A stretch of 64,000 nucleotides of DNA from Clostridia bacterium (GCA_045589295.1 JAZNOU010000001.1:21374-85373); one strand, 5' to 3'. Shown: positions 18,780 through 30,432, counted from the stretch's first letter. Made by a program: numbers and translations. Notes: generated by a model from the sequence alone, not told the origin.

Positions 18780-20210
18780 TTATATTCTTTTATACAATTC
18801 ATTCAGCCTAATATATTTATTTTTATCAATAGATAAAAGCTGGTCTTTTGTAATTCTGAAACGCCAATTACCATCTGCTTGTCCCGGGATATTCATTCTT
18901 GTATCCGAGCCATAGCACAACAAATCTTGAATGGGAAGAATTACAATGCCTGCATTACTCATAAAGACTGCTCTTAAGATGCTGTCAATTCCATTTCCCC
19001 AATCTTCCGAGAAATAGTTACAGTATTCCAACATTCTTTTTTTATTGTCCATATCAAGTTCCCATAAATATCCTAAAAGTGTATTATTGTCGTGAGTGCC
19101 TGTATATGCAACACAATTATTTATGTAATTATGAGGCATATGAGGGTTATCATAATCACCTAAAAAGCCAAATTGGAACACTCGTATTCCCGGCAAATTG
19201 TTATCCTCTAAAAGCTTAACTACCTCCTCAGTAATTTCACCAAGGTCTTCTGCTATAATAAGCTTATCGGAAAAACGGGAATTGATTTTTTCTATAAAAT
19301 CCGTTCCCGGTCCTTTAATCCACTTACCATTTTTTGCGGTCTTACTGCCATAGGGTACTGCCCAGAATGATTCAAGTCCGCGGAAATGGTCAATCCTTAC
19401 CCCATCAAAAAGTTCGGTCATATAAGCGATTCTTTCCATCCACCAGCCAAAACCGTTTTCTCTCATTTTTTCCCAATTGTAAAGAGGATTTCCCCAAAGC
19501 TGACCATCCTCACAAAAATAATCTGGCGGAACACCCGCAACAAGAGTTGGCTTATCACCGTCAAGCAAAAATTCTTCCTTATTGGACCATACATCAGAGC
19601 TGTCAAAAGAAACATATATTGGTATATCACCTATAATTTTAATTCCTTTTTCATTTGCATAGGCCTTTATATCAAGCCACTCATTTATAAACTCATATTG
19701 AATAAATTGCCACATAAAAAGAGTTGCAGGGTCATAATCTTCCCTGGTCCACAAGTTCCAGGGCTTGTTTTCATTTGCATCTTTTTTTGCCATAAACAGG
19801 CAAAAATTATTTACCAAAGGTCTGGCTTCGATATAGGAAGACACCTTATTTTTATCAACCACTCTGGACGACGCCTTCATAAGAAGAGTAAAGCGCTCCT
19901 CCCACAGTCTTTCATACTCAGCACCATAAGGCTGAGCCTGCCTTGCAATGTCAAGCTCATCCTTAGTGACAAGTCCTTTTTTAAAAAGTATTTCCAAATC
20001 CACAAAATAGGGATTACCAGAAAAGGCACTGTACGACTGATAAGGTGAATTAAAGCTATCTGCCATATTGAACGGCAATACCTGCCAGTATGAAAACTTA
20101 CATTCACTTAGAAAATCAACAAACTCCTTTGCGGCCTCTCCAAAACTACCTATGGAATAATCCCCATACAATGAGGATATATGCATTAAAACCCCGCTTT
20201 TTCTTTTCAT
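18780..20210 (-). CDS. malQ: 4-alpha-glucanotransferase (GH77)
   Basis: RKSGVLMHISSL, GQLWGNPLY, RIDHFRG, IAEDLG, YTGTHDN. Confidence 0.96.
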   Translation of the reverse strand: MKRKSGVLMHISSLYGDYSIGSFGEAAKEFVDFLSECKFSYWQVLPFNMADSFNSPYQSYSAFSGNPYFVDLEILFKKGLVTKDELDIARQAQPYGAEYERLWEERFTLLMKASSRVVDKNKVSSYIEARPLVNNFCLFMAKKDANENKPWNLWTREDYDPATLFMWQFIQYEFINEWLDIKAYANEKGIKIIGDIPIYVSFDSSDVWSNKEEFLLDGDKPTLVAGVPPDYFCEDGQLWGNPLYNWEKMRENGFGWWMERIAYMTELFDGVRIDHFRGLESFWAVPYGSKTAKNGKWIKGPGTDFIEKINSRFSDKLIIAEDLGEITEEVVKLLEDNNLPGIRVFQFGFLGDYDNPHMPHNYINNCVAYTGTHDNNTLLGYLWELDMDNKKRMLEYCNYFSEDWGNGIDSILRAVFMSNAGIVILPIQDLLCYGSDTRMNIPGQADGNWRFRITKDQLLSIDKNKYIRLNELYKRI

Positions 20211-20244
20211 TTTATACTCCTGATTATTTTTATAGGAAAAAGGT

Positions 20245-22647
20245 TTATAATATTGGTTCTATACCCCAAATATTCTCAGCATACTCAGCAACTGAGCGGT
20301 CTGCAGCAAACAGACCTGAATTTGCAATGTTTTTAAGAGACATTTTTGCAAATCCAATTTTGTCAGCATAAGCTTTATCAACCTTATCGTGAGCCTCGCA
20401 ATATGCCCTAAAGTCTGCAAGACACATATAAGGGTCAGAGTTAATAAGATTGTTATAGATATTATCAAAGTTTTTGCCGTTGATTCCGCTTTTTATAAAT
20501 TCCAACACATCACGGATATCTTTATCATTATCATAATAATATCTCGGACTATATCCGTTTTTATAAAGTTCCTCAACCTCATTTGCACGCAGGCCGAATA
20601 TAAAGATATTTTCATCACCTACAGATTCAAATATTTCAACATTCGCACCATCCATTGTACCTAAGGTCACGGCGCCGTTTATCATAAATTTCATATTGCC
20701 TGTTCCTGATGCTTCCTTACCAGCCTGAGAAATCTGCTCACTGATATCTGCAGCAGGTATAATAATTTCTGCTAAAGATACCCTGTAATCAGCAATGAAC
20801 ACAACCTTCATATAATCTCTTACATCTGCATCCTTTTCAATCATCTCAGAAATAGCACAAATAAGTCTTATGATTTCCTTTGCCATATAGTAGCCCTTAG
20901 AAGCTTTGGCAGCAAAAATATATGTTTTAGGCTGTGGTCTTAAGCCCTCAAACTTAATGCGTCTGTACATATAAATAATATGAAGCACATTAAGGAGCTG
21001 GCGCTTGTATTCGTGAAGTCTTTTTACCTGAATATCAAAAATTGAATTACAATCAACTGAAATTCCGTTTGTTTTTAAGATATAATCAGCAAGGCGTTTT
21101 TTGTTCTCATATTTAATCTGAAGAAGTTTTTCCAATACTTTTTCATCATTTTCAAACTTATTAAAGTCAGCAATTTTATAAAGGTCTTTCTTATACATAT
21201 CCCCTATTTTTTCTTCTAAAAGCTGTGTAAGAAGCGGATTTGCCTGACACAACCATCTTCTGTGGGCAATACCGTTTGTTACATTGGTAAGCTTATCAGG
21301 GAATATAGAGTGAAATTCCTTAAATGTATCGGCTTTTAAAATCTCTGAATGAAGTTTGGACACGCCGTTTACATTAAAGCAACATGCCATACAAAGATTT
21401 GCCATTTTTACCACGCCGTCTGAAATAATAGACATAGCATTTATTTTATTTGAAAATTCAGGATGTTTTTCATAAATCATTCCGCAAAATCTTCTGTTAA
21501 TTTCTTCGATTATTGTATAAATTCTAGGAAGATGAGATTTTATAAGGTCTACAGGCCATTTTTCGAGAGCTTCACTCATAACAGTATGATTTGTATAAGC
21601 AAGAGTATCACATGTGATTTCCCAAGCTTTGTCCCAAAGATAACCATAATCATCCATAAGTATTCTCATAAGCTCTGGAACACATAATGATGGATGAGTA
21701 TCATTTATATGGATAACCACCTTATCGGCTAAATTATCAAGAGTATTATATTTTTCAAAGTGCATTCTTGTAATCTGTTGCATAGAAGCACTTACAAAGA
21801 AATACTGTTGTTTTACTCTTAATGATTTTCCGTTATAATTATCGTCTGCTGGGTATAAAACCTTGGAAATTGAACTTGCAATAGCTTCCTTTTCAGATGC
21901 TTTGCCGTGCTCACCCTGAGCAAAAAGGTCCATGTCAAAACCTTCTTTGCTGTTAGCACCCCAAAGTCTTAAAACATTAACCGCTTCAGTATCGTGACCT
22001 GAAATAAACAAATCGTAAGGTGTTGCAGTTACAGGAACATAGTTTACATGCTCAGTAGACAAGCCTTTTTCTGTCCAGATTTCATTCACATTACCGAAAA
22101 ATTTAACCTCAACCGCTTCATCTTTTCTCGGACGGAGCCAATGACCGCCAAGTTCCATCCAGTCATCAGGAAATTCAGTCTGCCATCCGTCAACAATAAC
22201 CTGCTTGAAAATACCAAAATCATATTTTATTGAAAAACCAGTCGCCATATAACCCAAAGATGTAAGCGAATCCATATAGCAAGAAGCAAGTCTTCCAAGA
22301 CCGCCATTACCAAGGCCTGCGTCAGGTTCCATTTCATAAAGTTCATCAATATCAAAGTTGTTTTCTTTAAGCATATTTGCTATATCTTTTTCTATACCTA
22401 AATTCCAGAGGTTATTTCTTAAAGATGTGCCAACAAGGAATTCCATAGACATATAAAACACTTGCTTTGCTTCTTTTTCATTTGTTTTTTTATTAAAAGC
22501 GTATCGTTTTTTTGCAAGGATTTCATTGGTTACACCCAAAACGGCCTGATAAATTTGTCTTTTTCCTGCAGAATTCAAATCACAACCAAAGTTAAGTTCG
22601 ATATACTGCTCCATCTTTTGTTTAAATTCTTTTGCATTGATATTCAT
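20245..22647 (-). CDS. glgP: Glycogen/starch phosphorylase
   Basis: DAGLGNGGLGRLA, KRLHEYKRQ, EASGTGNMKF. Confidence 0.97.
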   Translation of the reverse strand: MNINAKEFKQKMEQYIELNFGCDLNSAGKRQIYQAVLGVTNEILAKKRYAFNKKTNEKEAKQVFYMSMEFLVGTSLRNNLWNLGIEKDIANMLKENNFDIDELYEMEPDAGLGNGGLGRLASCYMDSLTSLGYMATGFSIKYDFGIFKQVIVDGWQTEFPDDWMELGGHWLRPRKDEAVEVKFFGNVNEIWTEKGLSTEHVNYVPVTATPYDLFISGHDTEAVNVLRLWGANSKEGFDMDLFAQGEHGKASEKEAIASSISKVLYPADDNYNGKSLRVKQQYFFVSASMQQITRMHFEKYNTLDNLADKVVIHINDTHPSLCVPELMRILMDDYGYLWDKAWEITCDTLAYTNHTVMSEALEKWPVDLIKSHLPRIYTIIEEINRRFCGMIYEKHPEFSNKINAMSIISDGVVKMANLCMACCFNVNGVSKLHSEILKADTFKEFHSIFPDKLTNVTNGIAHRRWLCQANPLLTQLLEEKIGDMYKKDLYKIADFNKFENDEKVLEKLLQIKYENKKRLADYILKTNGISVDCNSIFDIQVKRLHEYKRQLLNVLHIIYMYRRIKFEGLRPQPKTYIFAAKASKGYYMAKEIIRLICAISEMIEKDADVRDYMKVVFIADYRVSLAEIIIPAADISEQISQAGKEASGTGNMKFMINGAVTLGTMDGANVEIFESVGDENIFIFGLRANEVEELYKNGYSPRYYYDNDKDIRDVLEFIKSGINGKNFDNIYNNLINSDPYMCLADFRAYCEAHDKVDKAYADKIGFAKMSLKNIANSGLFAADRSVAEYAENIWGIEPIL

Positions 22648-24080
22648 TAATTGTCTCCTTTAATAAGTTCTTTATATAATTTGATATATTCCTCTGATGC
22701 GTTATTCCAGCTTACATCCAAGGACATTGCATTTTTTATTATTGTTTTGCGGTTTTCTTTATCATAATAAAGGCTGATAGCTCTTTTAATTGCATCTAAA
22801 AAGTCGTAAGAATCGTAACTCTGGAAGGTTACACCCCAGCCTTCTTTGGTTTCAGGGTTATACGGCTTAACTGTATCCTTAAGTCCGCCAACCGTGTGCA
22901 CAACAGGAATTGTTCCATAGCGCATTGCTATAAGCTGTGAAAGACCGCAAGGTTCGGATTTTGAAGGCATTAAGAAAATATCCGCACCTGCATAGATTTT
23001 GGACGCCATTTCAGAAGAGAACATTACAACGCCTCTGACCTTATCGTGACAGTTTGCTTCCCAGTTTCTTACAAAGCCTTCATAATCCTGGGTTCCTGTT
23101 CCTAAAATTATAAACTGAGCAGGTAGCTTTGACAGCTCATCTAAAATAGGAGCAAAAAGATCCAGACCCTTCTGGCTTGTAAGCCTTGTTACCATACCTA
23201 TTAAAGGTACATCCTCAGCATCTGACAATGCCATTTGTTTTCTTAAATCGCTTTTGTTAAAGCGCTTATTCTGAATTCTTTTTATACTATAGTTTGTTTT
23301 GATTGCCTTATCGGTTTCAGGATTAAAAACCTCTGTATCAATACCATTTACTATTCCGCGAAGCTTTTCCCTTCTTGCGCATAATATATGATAAATTCCG
23401 TATGAGTGTTCGGGATGAAGAATTTCTTCTGCGTACTGTTTGCTTACGGTAGAAACAATATCGGCAGATTCAATACCTGCTTTTAGGACATTAATATCAC
23501 CATCGTACATCATAAGTGGTTTATGACAAACATCAAGGCCAAAAAGCTCACCCAAAACGTATGGGTTAAATTTCCCTTGAAATTCTATATTATGAATAGA
23601 AAGAACAGTTTTAATATTTTTATATTCATCACGGTCACGATAAAGCGTATTAAGATATACAGGAACCATAGCCGTATGCCAGTCATTTGCATTTATAATA
23701 TCAGGAATAAACCCAATTACAGGAAGAATCTCCAAAACCGCGCGTGAGAAGAAGGCAAATATTTCACCATCATCTATTGAGCCATATACTTTTTCACGAT
23801 GAAAATACTGTTCGTTATCAATAAAATAATAGGTAACGCCATTTCTTTCGGTCTTGAAAATTCCGCAATAGCTGTTTCTCCAACTGTTGCTGACATTAAT
23901 ATTGGTTACATACTCCAGTTTTTCACGCATTTCAGGTTTGATTGCCGAATAAAGCGGTAAAACAACTCTTGCATCAACACCTTTTTTATTAAGTTCTGCC
24001 GGAAGAGAGCCCATAACATCGCCAAGTCCGCCAACTTTGACAAATGGAGCCGCCTCAGAGGCTGCAAATAATATTTTCAT
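22647..24080 (-). CDS. glgA: Glycogen synthase
   Basis: KVGGLGDV, ANDWHT, EPCGLSQLIAMRYG. Confidence 0.97.
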   Translation of the reverse strand: MKILFAASEAAPFVKVGGLGDVMGSLPAELNKKGVDARVVLPLYSAIKPEMREKLEYVTNINVSNSWRNSYCGIFKTERNGVTYYFIDNEQYFHREKVYGSIDDGEIFAFFSRAVLEILPVIGFIPDIINANDWHTAMVPVYLNTLYRDRDEYKNIKTVLSIHNIEFQGKFNPYVLGELFGLDVCHKPLMMYDGDINVLKAGIESADIVSTVSKQYAEEILHPEHSYGIYHILCARREKLRGIVNGIDTEVFNPETDKAIKTNYSIKRIQNKRFNKSDLRKQMALSDAEDVPLIGMVTRLTSQKGLDLFAPILDELSKLPAQFIILGTGTQDYEGFVRNWEANCHDKVRGVVMFSSEMASKIYAGADIFLMPSKSEPCGLSQLIAMRYGTIPVVHTVGGLKDTVKPYNPETKEGWGVTFQSYDSYDFLDAIKRAISLYYDKENRKTIIKNAMSLDVSWNNASEEYIKLYKELIKGDN

Positions 24081-24119
24081 AAGTACGTTCCTTTCTTTTG
24101 TCCGTCAGTTATTCTTTTC

Positions 24120-24154
24120 AAATAGCCTTTGTAATTTCGTTACAAAGGCTATTT
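24120..24154. other. Strong stem-loop between glgD and glgA
   Basis: 15-bp perfect stem AAATAGCCTTTGTAA/TTACAAAGGCTATTT. Confidence 0.7.
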
Positions 24155-24197
24155 TATTATACTATTAGTAAGGTAAATGCATAAATATGCCAGAAAT

Positions 24198-25307
24198 TTA
24201 TACAATTTTACCTTTGTTTATCATAAACGGCATTGTTTGAGTGCCCTTTAATGATTTCCCTGAGGTAATCAATACATCCGTATCGGTTATTACACATTCA
24301 ACATCTGCGTTATCCTCAATAATTGTGCCTTGCATTATTATTGAATTCTTAACAACCGCTCCGGCTTTAACTATTACATCACGGAAAATGATGCAGTTTT
24401 CAACAAGTCCATCAATCTTACAGCCATCAGCTACCAATGAATTTGTAACCTTAGCGTTTTCTCCATACATAGTAGGTACAGAGTCCTTAATTCTTGTAAG
24501 AATGGGATTTACGCCATGAAACAGTTCAAGACGAACATCCTTTTTAAGTAAATCCATATTGGTGTTGTAAAATTCTTCACATGTTTTAATCTGAGATGCA
24601 TAGCCCTTAGCTTCAAAGCCATATATTTTGTACTCTCTAAAGCTATTTGCAATAACATTCTTTTTTAAAGACTGCCAACCATATGTCATACCTTTCTCAA
24701 TAAGGTTTACCAACAAGTCTGTTTTAAGCAAAATCATGTTAAGAAACATATTTTGAGGTGCTTCTTCTGAGGTTTTGTGATACATTACGTCAACAAGTCT
24801 TCCCTCTTCGTTTAAGCTCATCTGAAGTTCGACATCGGTAGTTACCATATTTTTATAAACAAAGGAAATGTCCGCCTCATTATTCTCGTGGAATTCCATA
24901 AACTGCTTAAGGTCGATATTTGTTACAATATTGGCATCACTCAATAAGCAATATTCATGACGTGTTGTTTTAATATAATCCATAACACTGTTTAATGCTT
25001 CTATTTTATTGGTAACAACACCTGTGCCACTCTGGAAAGGAGTCAAAAATTTAAGACCGCCGTTTTTTCGGTTTAAATCCCAATCTTTCCCCCAACCTAC
25101 ATGCTCAACTAAGGAATTATACTTATTTCTTGTTACAATCCCAACATCATATATACCCGCCCCGACAAGAGCAGAAAGAATGAAATCTATAAGACGATAT
25201 CTTCCGCCATAAGGAATGGAAGCTAAAGTTCTGTTATTAGCAAGAACATTAGTTTCTGAATTGTTATAATCATAGCTGTCAGCAAATAATATTGAAAAAG
25301 CATTCAT
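24198..25307 (-). CDS. glgD: ADP-glucose pyrophosphorylase subunit GlgD
   Basis: RTLASIPYGGRYRLIDF, GKDWDLNRKNGGL; follows glgC. Confidence 0.93.
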   Translation of the reverse strand: MNAFSILFADSYDYNNSETNVLANNRTLASIPYGGRYRLIDFILSALVGAGIYDVGIVTRNKYNSLVEHVGWGKDWDLNRKNGGLKFLTPFQSGTGVVTNKIEALNSVMDYIKTTRHEYCLLSDANIVTNIDLKQFMEFHENNEADISFVYKNMVTTDVELQMSLNEEGRLVDVMYHKTSEEAPQNMFLNMILLKTDLLVNLIEKGMTYGWQSLKKNVIANSFREYKIYGFEAKGYASQIKTCEEFYNTNMDLLKKDVRLELFHGVNPILTRIKDSVPTMYGENAKVTNSLVADGCKIDGLVENCIIFRDVIVKAGAVVKNSIIMQGTIIEDNADVECVITDTDVLITSGKSLKGTQTMPFMINKGKIV

Positions 25308-25319
25308 TATAATCCCCTC

Positions 25320-26531
25320 CTATTCTCTGCCACTGTCAGGCTCAATCATTTCACCTGGTAACACTACCTGACCCGATTTTACACGAGCACCCTGACCTAC
25401 AACTGTAATGCCCCATTTACCTTTGTCCCTATAATCCTCGGGAGCTGCACCTACAATTGCACCATCTTCAATAATAGCGTCGTCTGCTATTATTGCATAT
25501 TTTACAACAGCATTTTTACCTACCTTGGTGTTACGCATAACAACCGAATATTCAATTTGAGCATTTTCTTCAACCGTAACATCGGAAAATAAAATGGAAT
25601 ATTTAAGCTTTCCGTTAACATAACAACCCTCGGTTACCATAGAGTTGTCAATATCGGCAGATTTATCTATATAGTGAGGTGTTGTGATATTATGACGACA
25701 ATATATTTTCCATAATGGGTCCCATATATTTATTGCAATACTTGGGGTAAGTAAATCCATATTGGCTTCCCACAAATTGTCAATAGTTCCTACATCTTTC
25801 CAGTATCCGTCAAATGGATAGGCATACATTTTTTGATTGTCGTTAAGCATTGCAGGTATTACATCCTTACCAAAGTCGTTTGATGTATTTTCTCCTTTTT
25901 CTTCGTCTAGGATAAGATATTCTTTTAACTTTGACCATTTAAATATGTATATTCCCATTGATGCTTTGTTGGATTTAGGCTCCTTTGGTTTTTCCTCAAA
26001 TTCACTTATTGAGAGGTCCTCGTTAGTATTCATAATACCAAAGCTTGATGCTTGTTCAATGGGAACCTCCATAACAGCAATAGTTGCATCTGCATCCTTT
26101 TTTTTATGGAAGTCAAGCATCTTTGAATAATCCATTTTATACACGTGATCGCCTGATAAAACAAGCACATATTCGGGGTCGTACTGCTCGATGAAGTTAA
26201 TATTCTGATATATGGCATTTGCAGTTCCCTTATACCATGATGCTGAATTTCCTGTGTATGGAGGCAGAATATACACACCGCCATTCATTCGGTCCAAATC
26301 CCAGGGTTGACCATTTCCTATATAGGAATTTAACTCCAATGGTCTGTACTGAGTTAAAACTCCCACAGTATCAATTCCTGAATTTGAGCAATTGGATAAA
26401 GTGAAGTCAACAATCCTGTACTTGCCGCCAAAAGGAACTGCCGGTTTGGCACGTTCTTTTGTTAAAACGTACAGTCTGTTTCCCTGACCGCCTGCTAATA
26501 GCATGGCAATCATTTTTTTCTTTTTTGCCAT
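25320..26531 (-). CDS. glgC: Glucose-1-phosphate adenylyltransferase
   Basis: [32 protein letters not shown]. Confidence 0.97.
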   Translation of the reverse strand: MAKKKKMIAMLLAGGQGNRLYVLTKERAKPAVPFGGKYRIVDFTLSNCSNSGIDTVGVLTQYRPLELNSYIGNGQPWDLDRMNGGVYILPPYTGNSASWYKGTANAIYQNINFIEQYDPEYVLVLSGDHVYKMDYSKMLDFHKKKDADATIAVMEVPIEQASSFGIMNTNEDLSISEFEEKPKEPKSNKASMGIYIFKWSKLKEYLILDEEKGENTSNDFGKDVIPAMLNDNQKMYAYPFDGYWKDVGTIDNLWEANMDLLTPSIAINIWDPLWKIYCRHNITTPHYIDKSADIDNSMVTEGCYVNGKLKYSILFSDVTVEENAQIEYSVVMRNTKVGKNAVVKYAIIADDAIIEDGAIVGAAPEDYRDKGKWGITVVGQGARVKSGQVVLPGEMIEPDSGRE

Positions 26532-26553
26532 TACAAAAATACCTCCTGTTTAT

Positions 26554-28440
26554 TTATTTTTTTCTACCCGCTTTTTTGTAGAAGTACACCGTAGAAAATG
26601 CAGGTATATTAATTTCAATATACTGGTCTCTGCCATGTAGTTTTCCCTTTTGGGAACGCACTTTGCCGTTCGAGACATCCGTTCCACCAAATTCACTGCT
26701 GTCGGAAGAAAAAATTTCCTCATATACTCCGTTTAAAGGAACGCCTATTTTATAATTTTCTCTTGTTACACTTGAGAAATTTGAAACACAAAGGATATAG
26801 TTTTTACTTTTATCCATTCTTAAAAACGATATAATATTATTGGTATTATCATCAAGAGCCGCCCAATCAAAACCATCCCAGCTATTATCAAGTTCCCATA
26901 AACACGTATTCTTCTTATACACTGAATTGAGCACCTTAATAAAGTTTTTAAGGTCATTATGACTTTTATATGATAAGAGGTTCCAGTCAAGCTCCTGTTC
27001 CTCATTCCATTCAATAAACTGACCAAATTCGGCACCCATAAACATAAGTTTTTTACCGGGATGAGCAAACATATAACCAAGATATGCTCTTAAATTTGCA
27101 AATTTATCCTCGTACTCACCTGGCATTTTGGACAAAAGCGACTTTTTCCCATGGACAACCTCATCATGAGACAACGGAAGTACAAAATTTTCAGAAAATG
27201 CATAGGTTAAAGAAAAAGTCAAATTGTTATGAACGCCTTTCCTGAAGAAAGGATCCTGCTGCATATAGGTAAGAGAATCGTTCATCCATCCCATATTCCA
27301 CTTATAGTTAAAACCAAGACCGCCCTCATCCACCGGATGAGTAACCATAGGCCATGCGGTTGATTCCTCAGCAATCATCATAATGCCCTTATGGGCAGAA
27401 AAAACATACTTGTTGAGCTTTTTAATAAATTCAATGGCCTCGATATTTCCGTTTCCGCCATATTCATTTGGACGCCACTTACCGTCTTTTTTGCCATAAT
27501 CAAGATAAAGCATAGAAGCAACTGCATCTACTCTCAATCCATCAATATGATATTTTGAAAACCAAAAGCTTGCATTTGAAATAAGGAAAGACATAACCTC
27601 GTTTTTTCCGTAATCAAAAATTCTCGTTCCCCAGTCGGGATGCTCCCTTTTAAGCTCATCTTCATATTCATAAAGGTAGGTTCCATCAAATTCAAAAAGT
27701 CCAAATTCATCTTTCGGAAAATGAGCGGGTACCCAATCCAAAATGACACCTATCCCGTTTTTATGGAGCCTGTTAACAAATTCCATAAACTCTTTTGGAG
27801 TACCATACCTTGATGTTGGTGCATAATATCCTGTAACCTGATATCCCCAAGATTTATCATAAGGATATTCTGTAAGGGGCATAAGTTCTATATGAGTATA
27901 ACCCATTTCTTTAATGTAAGGAATAAGTTCATCCGCCATTTTGATATAGTCAAATGAATTTCCATCATCATATTTTCGCCATGACCCCATATGAAGCTCA
28001 TAGATACTTACAGGTCTGCCGTAAGGTGCTTCCCTTTTATCCATCCAACTTTTATCCGACCATTTAAAACCATCCAAATCATAAACCTTAGAACAGGTGC
28101 CCGGACGTGTCTCAGAATGAAAGGCATAAGGGTCAGCTTTATAAAGCTCCCTGCCATCATTGGTTACTATAAGATATTTGTAGGAGTCAAACTCGCTAAC
28201 CCCTTTTATAATACATTCAAAAATGCCACCGTCTGTTATTCGAAAGGCCTTATGTGAATATTTTTCCCAATTGTTAAAAGAGCCTGTAACATAAACCTCT
28301 TTAGCGTGAGGAGCCCATACTCTGAAAACACATAAATCATCATAAAGGTGCGCCCCCATATAGTCATAGGCTGTATTGTTTGTCCCTTCGTGGAAAAGAT
28401 ATTCAGCAACTTTATTATCTTCGTTGATAACTTTTTTCAT
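26554..28440 (-). CDS. glgB: 1,4-alpha-glucan branching enzyme
   Basis: SWGYQVTGYY, LDWVPAHF, DGLRVDAVASM, AEEST, LSHDEVVHGK; start ATG 28440. Confidence 0.97.
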   Translation of the reverse strand: MKKVINEDNKVAEYLFHEGTNNTAYDYMGAHLYDDLCVFRVWAPHAKEVYVTGSFNNWEKYSHKAFRITDGGIFECIIKGVSEFDSYKYLIVTNDGRELYKADPYAFHSETRPGTCSKVYDLDGFKWSDKSWMDKREAPYGRPVSIYELHMGSWRKYDDGNSFDYIKMADELIPYIKEMGYTHIELMPLTEYPYDKSWGYQVTGYYAPTSRYGTPKEFMEFVNRLHKNGIGVILDWVPAHFPKDEFGLFEFDGTYLYEYEDELKREHPDWGTRIFDYGKNEVMSFLISNASFWFSKYHIDGLRVDAVASMLYLDYGKKDGKWRPNEYGGNGNIEAIEFIKKLNKYVFSAHKGIMMIAEESTAWPMVTHPVDEGGLGFNYKWNMGWMNDSLTYMQQDPFFRKGVHNNLTFSLTYAFSENFVLPLSHDEVVHGKKSLLSKMPGEYEDKFANLRAYLGYMFAHPGKKLMFMGAEFGQFIEWNEEQELDWNLLSYKSHNDLKNFIKVLNSVYKKNTCLWELDNSWDGFDWAALDDNTNNIISFLRMDKSKNYILCVSNFSSVTRENYKIGVPLNGVYEEIFSSDSSEFGGTDVSNGKVRSQKGKLHGRDQYIEINIPAFSTVYFYKKAGRKK

Positions 28441-28534
28441 CACGTACCTACCTTCCCATAAATTACACACATAATTCTTATTATATTCTAACACATTTTT
28501 TTGTATTTGTATATAGAAAACTTAAAATTTAAAC

Positions 28535-28563
28535 TTGACATTTTTAAATAATAATAGTATCCT
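28535..28563 (+). promoter_or_regulatory. Sigma-A promoter of the GH13 gene
   Basis: TTGACA-17 bp-TATCCT. Confidence 0.55.
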
Positions 28564-28599
28564 AAATTGACATCTCAAACGCTAAAGGATGGTGAGCAA

Positions 28600-30432
28600 A
28601 TGAAACCGGTAATTTACAACGCAAGATATGAAGAATACAAATCCCCTTTCGGTGCAGTAAGCAGCGAAGCGGAGGTTACTTTTAACATAAAAGTAGCAGA
28701 AAATGTTACTCATACCAGTGTTTATTTTATTTACAGAGAAGATACTTCAGATAAATCATATTACATTTTGATGAACAAGACCGACTGTAATTGCGGTTAT
28801 CAAACTTATTCCTGCAAGACTTCATTTAATTCACCCGGTCTTTATTTTTACCGTTTTGAGATAAAAAATAATGACATAACATATTTTGTAGGCAAAAAAG
28901 ACAACAATGCTGCCATCGAAGACTGGCTTCCGGAATGGCAGCTTACTGTTTTTGATAAAAATTTCAAAACTCCCGACTGGACTAAGGGGGCTTTAATGTA
29001 TCAGATTTTTCCCGACCGTTTTAATAAAAGCGAAAGTTTTATTCCTCTTTCAGCCAAAAACGAAAGAAAAATTCATAAAAACTGGGATGAAATTCCCGAG
29101 TTTATTTATGATACCCCCGATTACAAAGCTAATGATTATTTTATGGGAAATATAGACGGAATTATTGAAAAGCTCGATTATATCAAGGATTTAGGAGTCA
29201 ACATTATTTATTTAAACCCCGTTTTTGAGAGTCCCGAATATCATAGATACAGTACCGGAAATTACTTTAATATTGACCCTTATTTTGGAACAAATGATGA
29301 TTTTAGCAGACTTTGTAAAGAAGCAGCAAAAAAAGGTATAAAGATCATTTTAGATGGAGTTTTCAGCCACACAGGTGCGGACAGCATTTATTTTAATAAG
29401 TATAACCATTACGATTCAGTGGGTGCAGCAAATTCAAAAGACTCTCCGTACTATAACTGGTATTCATTTACAAATTATCCAGACAAGTATGAATGTTGGT
29501 GGGGTTTTGAAAACTTACCTAATGTTAATGAAAACCACCACGATTACACCGAATATATTACAGGGAAAGACGGAGTTATAAGCTACTGGCATAATATGGG
29601 TGCATCAGGTTGGAGACTTGATGTAGCCGACGAGCTTCCCGACGAATTTATAGAAGCTTTATACAAAAGAGCAAAAGAAACAAACAAAGATAGTTTTATT
29701 ATAGGTGAAGTGTGGGAAGATGCAACCAACAAATTTGCTTATGGCGTAAGAAGAAAATACCTGCTTGGCGGACAAATGGACAGCGTTATGAATTATCCTT
29801 TCAGAACGGCAATATTAGACTTTGTAAAAAACAGAAATTCTCGTCTTTTTGAAGACAGAATTTTTGAAATTCTTGAAAATTACCCGCCTCAGGTCACCGC
29901 ATGCCTTATGAACAGCATTTCCACCCACGATACAGAAAGGGCATTAACATTTTTAGGTGTCCAAAACAATGTACAGCCTGAAGATTACGGAAAATATATT
30001 CTATCACAAGAAGAATATCAAAGAGGTAAAAATGGACTGTTGCTTGCAACATTTCTGCAATATACCCTGCCCGGTCTTCCGTCAGTTTATTATGGAGATG
30101 AAGCGGGTCAAAACGGATTTAAGGATCCATACTGCAGAAAAACATATCCTTATGGTAAGGAAGATTTTGAAATTCTTGATTTTTATAAAAGCTTAGGTAA
30201 AATAAGAAATGAATTTAAAGAAGACTTTTGCCTTGGCTTTACCCCTATAGAAAACAGGGACGGATTTTTTAGCTTTAAAAGGGGCAAGCTTATATGCGTT
30301 ATAAATCTTAGTGAAGAGCCCAGAGATGTTAATGTTCCCGGCACGGTTATTTTTGAACACGGAAATATCTCAAAAGATAATGCTAATTTAATTTCAAATC
30401 CGAACTCAGCTATGATAATCACTTCCAAATGA
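28600..30432 (+). CDS. GH13 amylopullulanase/neopullulanase-like glycosidase
   Basis: YQIFPDRF, LDGVFSH, GWRLDVADEL, GEVWEDA, STHDTER, YYGDE. Confidence 0.92.
   Translation: MKPVIYNARYEEYKSPFGAVSSEAEVTFNIKVAENVTHTSVYFIYREDTSDKSYYILMNKTDCNCGYQTYSCKTSFNSPGLYFYRFEIKNNDITYFVGKKDNNAAIEDWLPEWQLTVFDKNFKTPDWTKGALMYQIFPDRFNKSESFIPLSAKNERKIHKNWDEIPEFIYDTPDYKANDYFMGNIDGIIEKLDYIKDLGVNIIYLNPVFESPEYHRYSTGNYFNIDPYFGTNDDFSRLCKEAAKKGIKIILDGVFSHTGADSIYFNKYNHYDSVGAANSKDSPYYNWYSFTNYPDKYECWWGFENLPNVNENHHDYTEYITGKDGVISYWHNMGASGWRLDVADELPDEFIEALYKRAKETNKDSFIIGEVWEDATNKFAYGVRRKYLLGGQMDSVMNYPFRTAILDFVKNRNSRLFEDRIFEILENYPPQVTACLMNSISTHDTERALTFLGVQNNVQPEDYGKYILSQEEYQRGKNGLLLATFLQYTLPGLPSVYYGDEAGQNGFKDPYCRKTYPYGKEDFEILDFYKSLGKIRNEFKEDFCLGFTPIENRDGFFSFKRGKLICVINLSEEPRDVNVPGTVIFEHGNISKDNANLISNPNSAMIITSK

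Noticed and set aside
19386-20048. 220-aa plus-strand ORF
   Set aside because: Lies antisense within malQ with no recognisable motifs; treated as a shadow ORF, like the other short antisense ORFs in ppdK, glgP and the ABC genes
18780-30432. Glycogen cluster as a novel system
   Set aside because: Gene content is the standard Bacillota glgBCDAP set plus malQ and a GH13 enzyme
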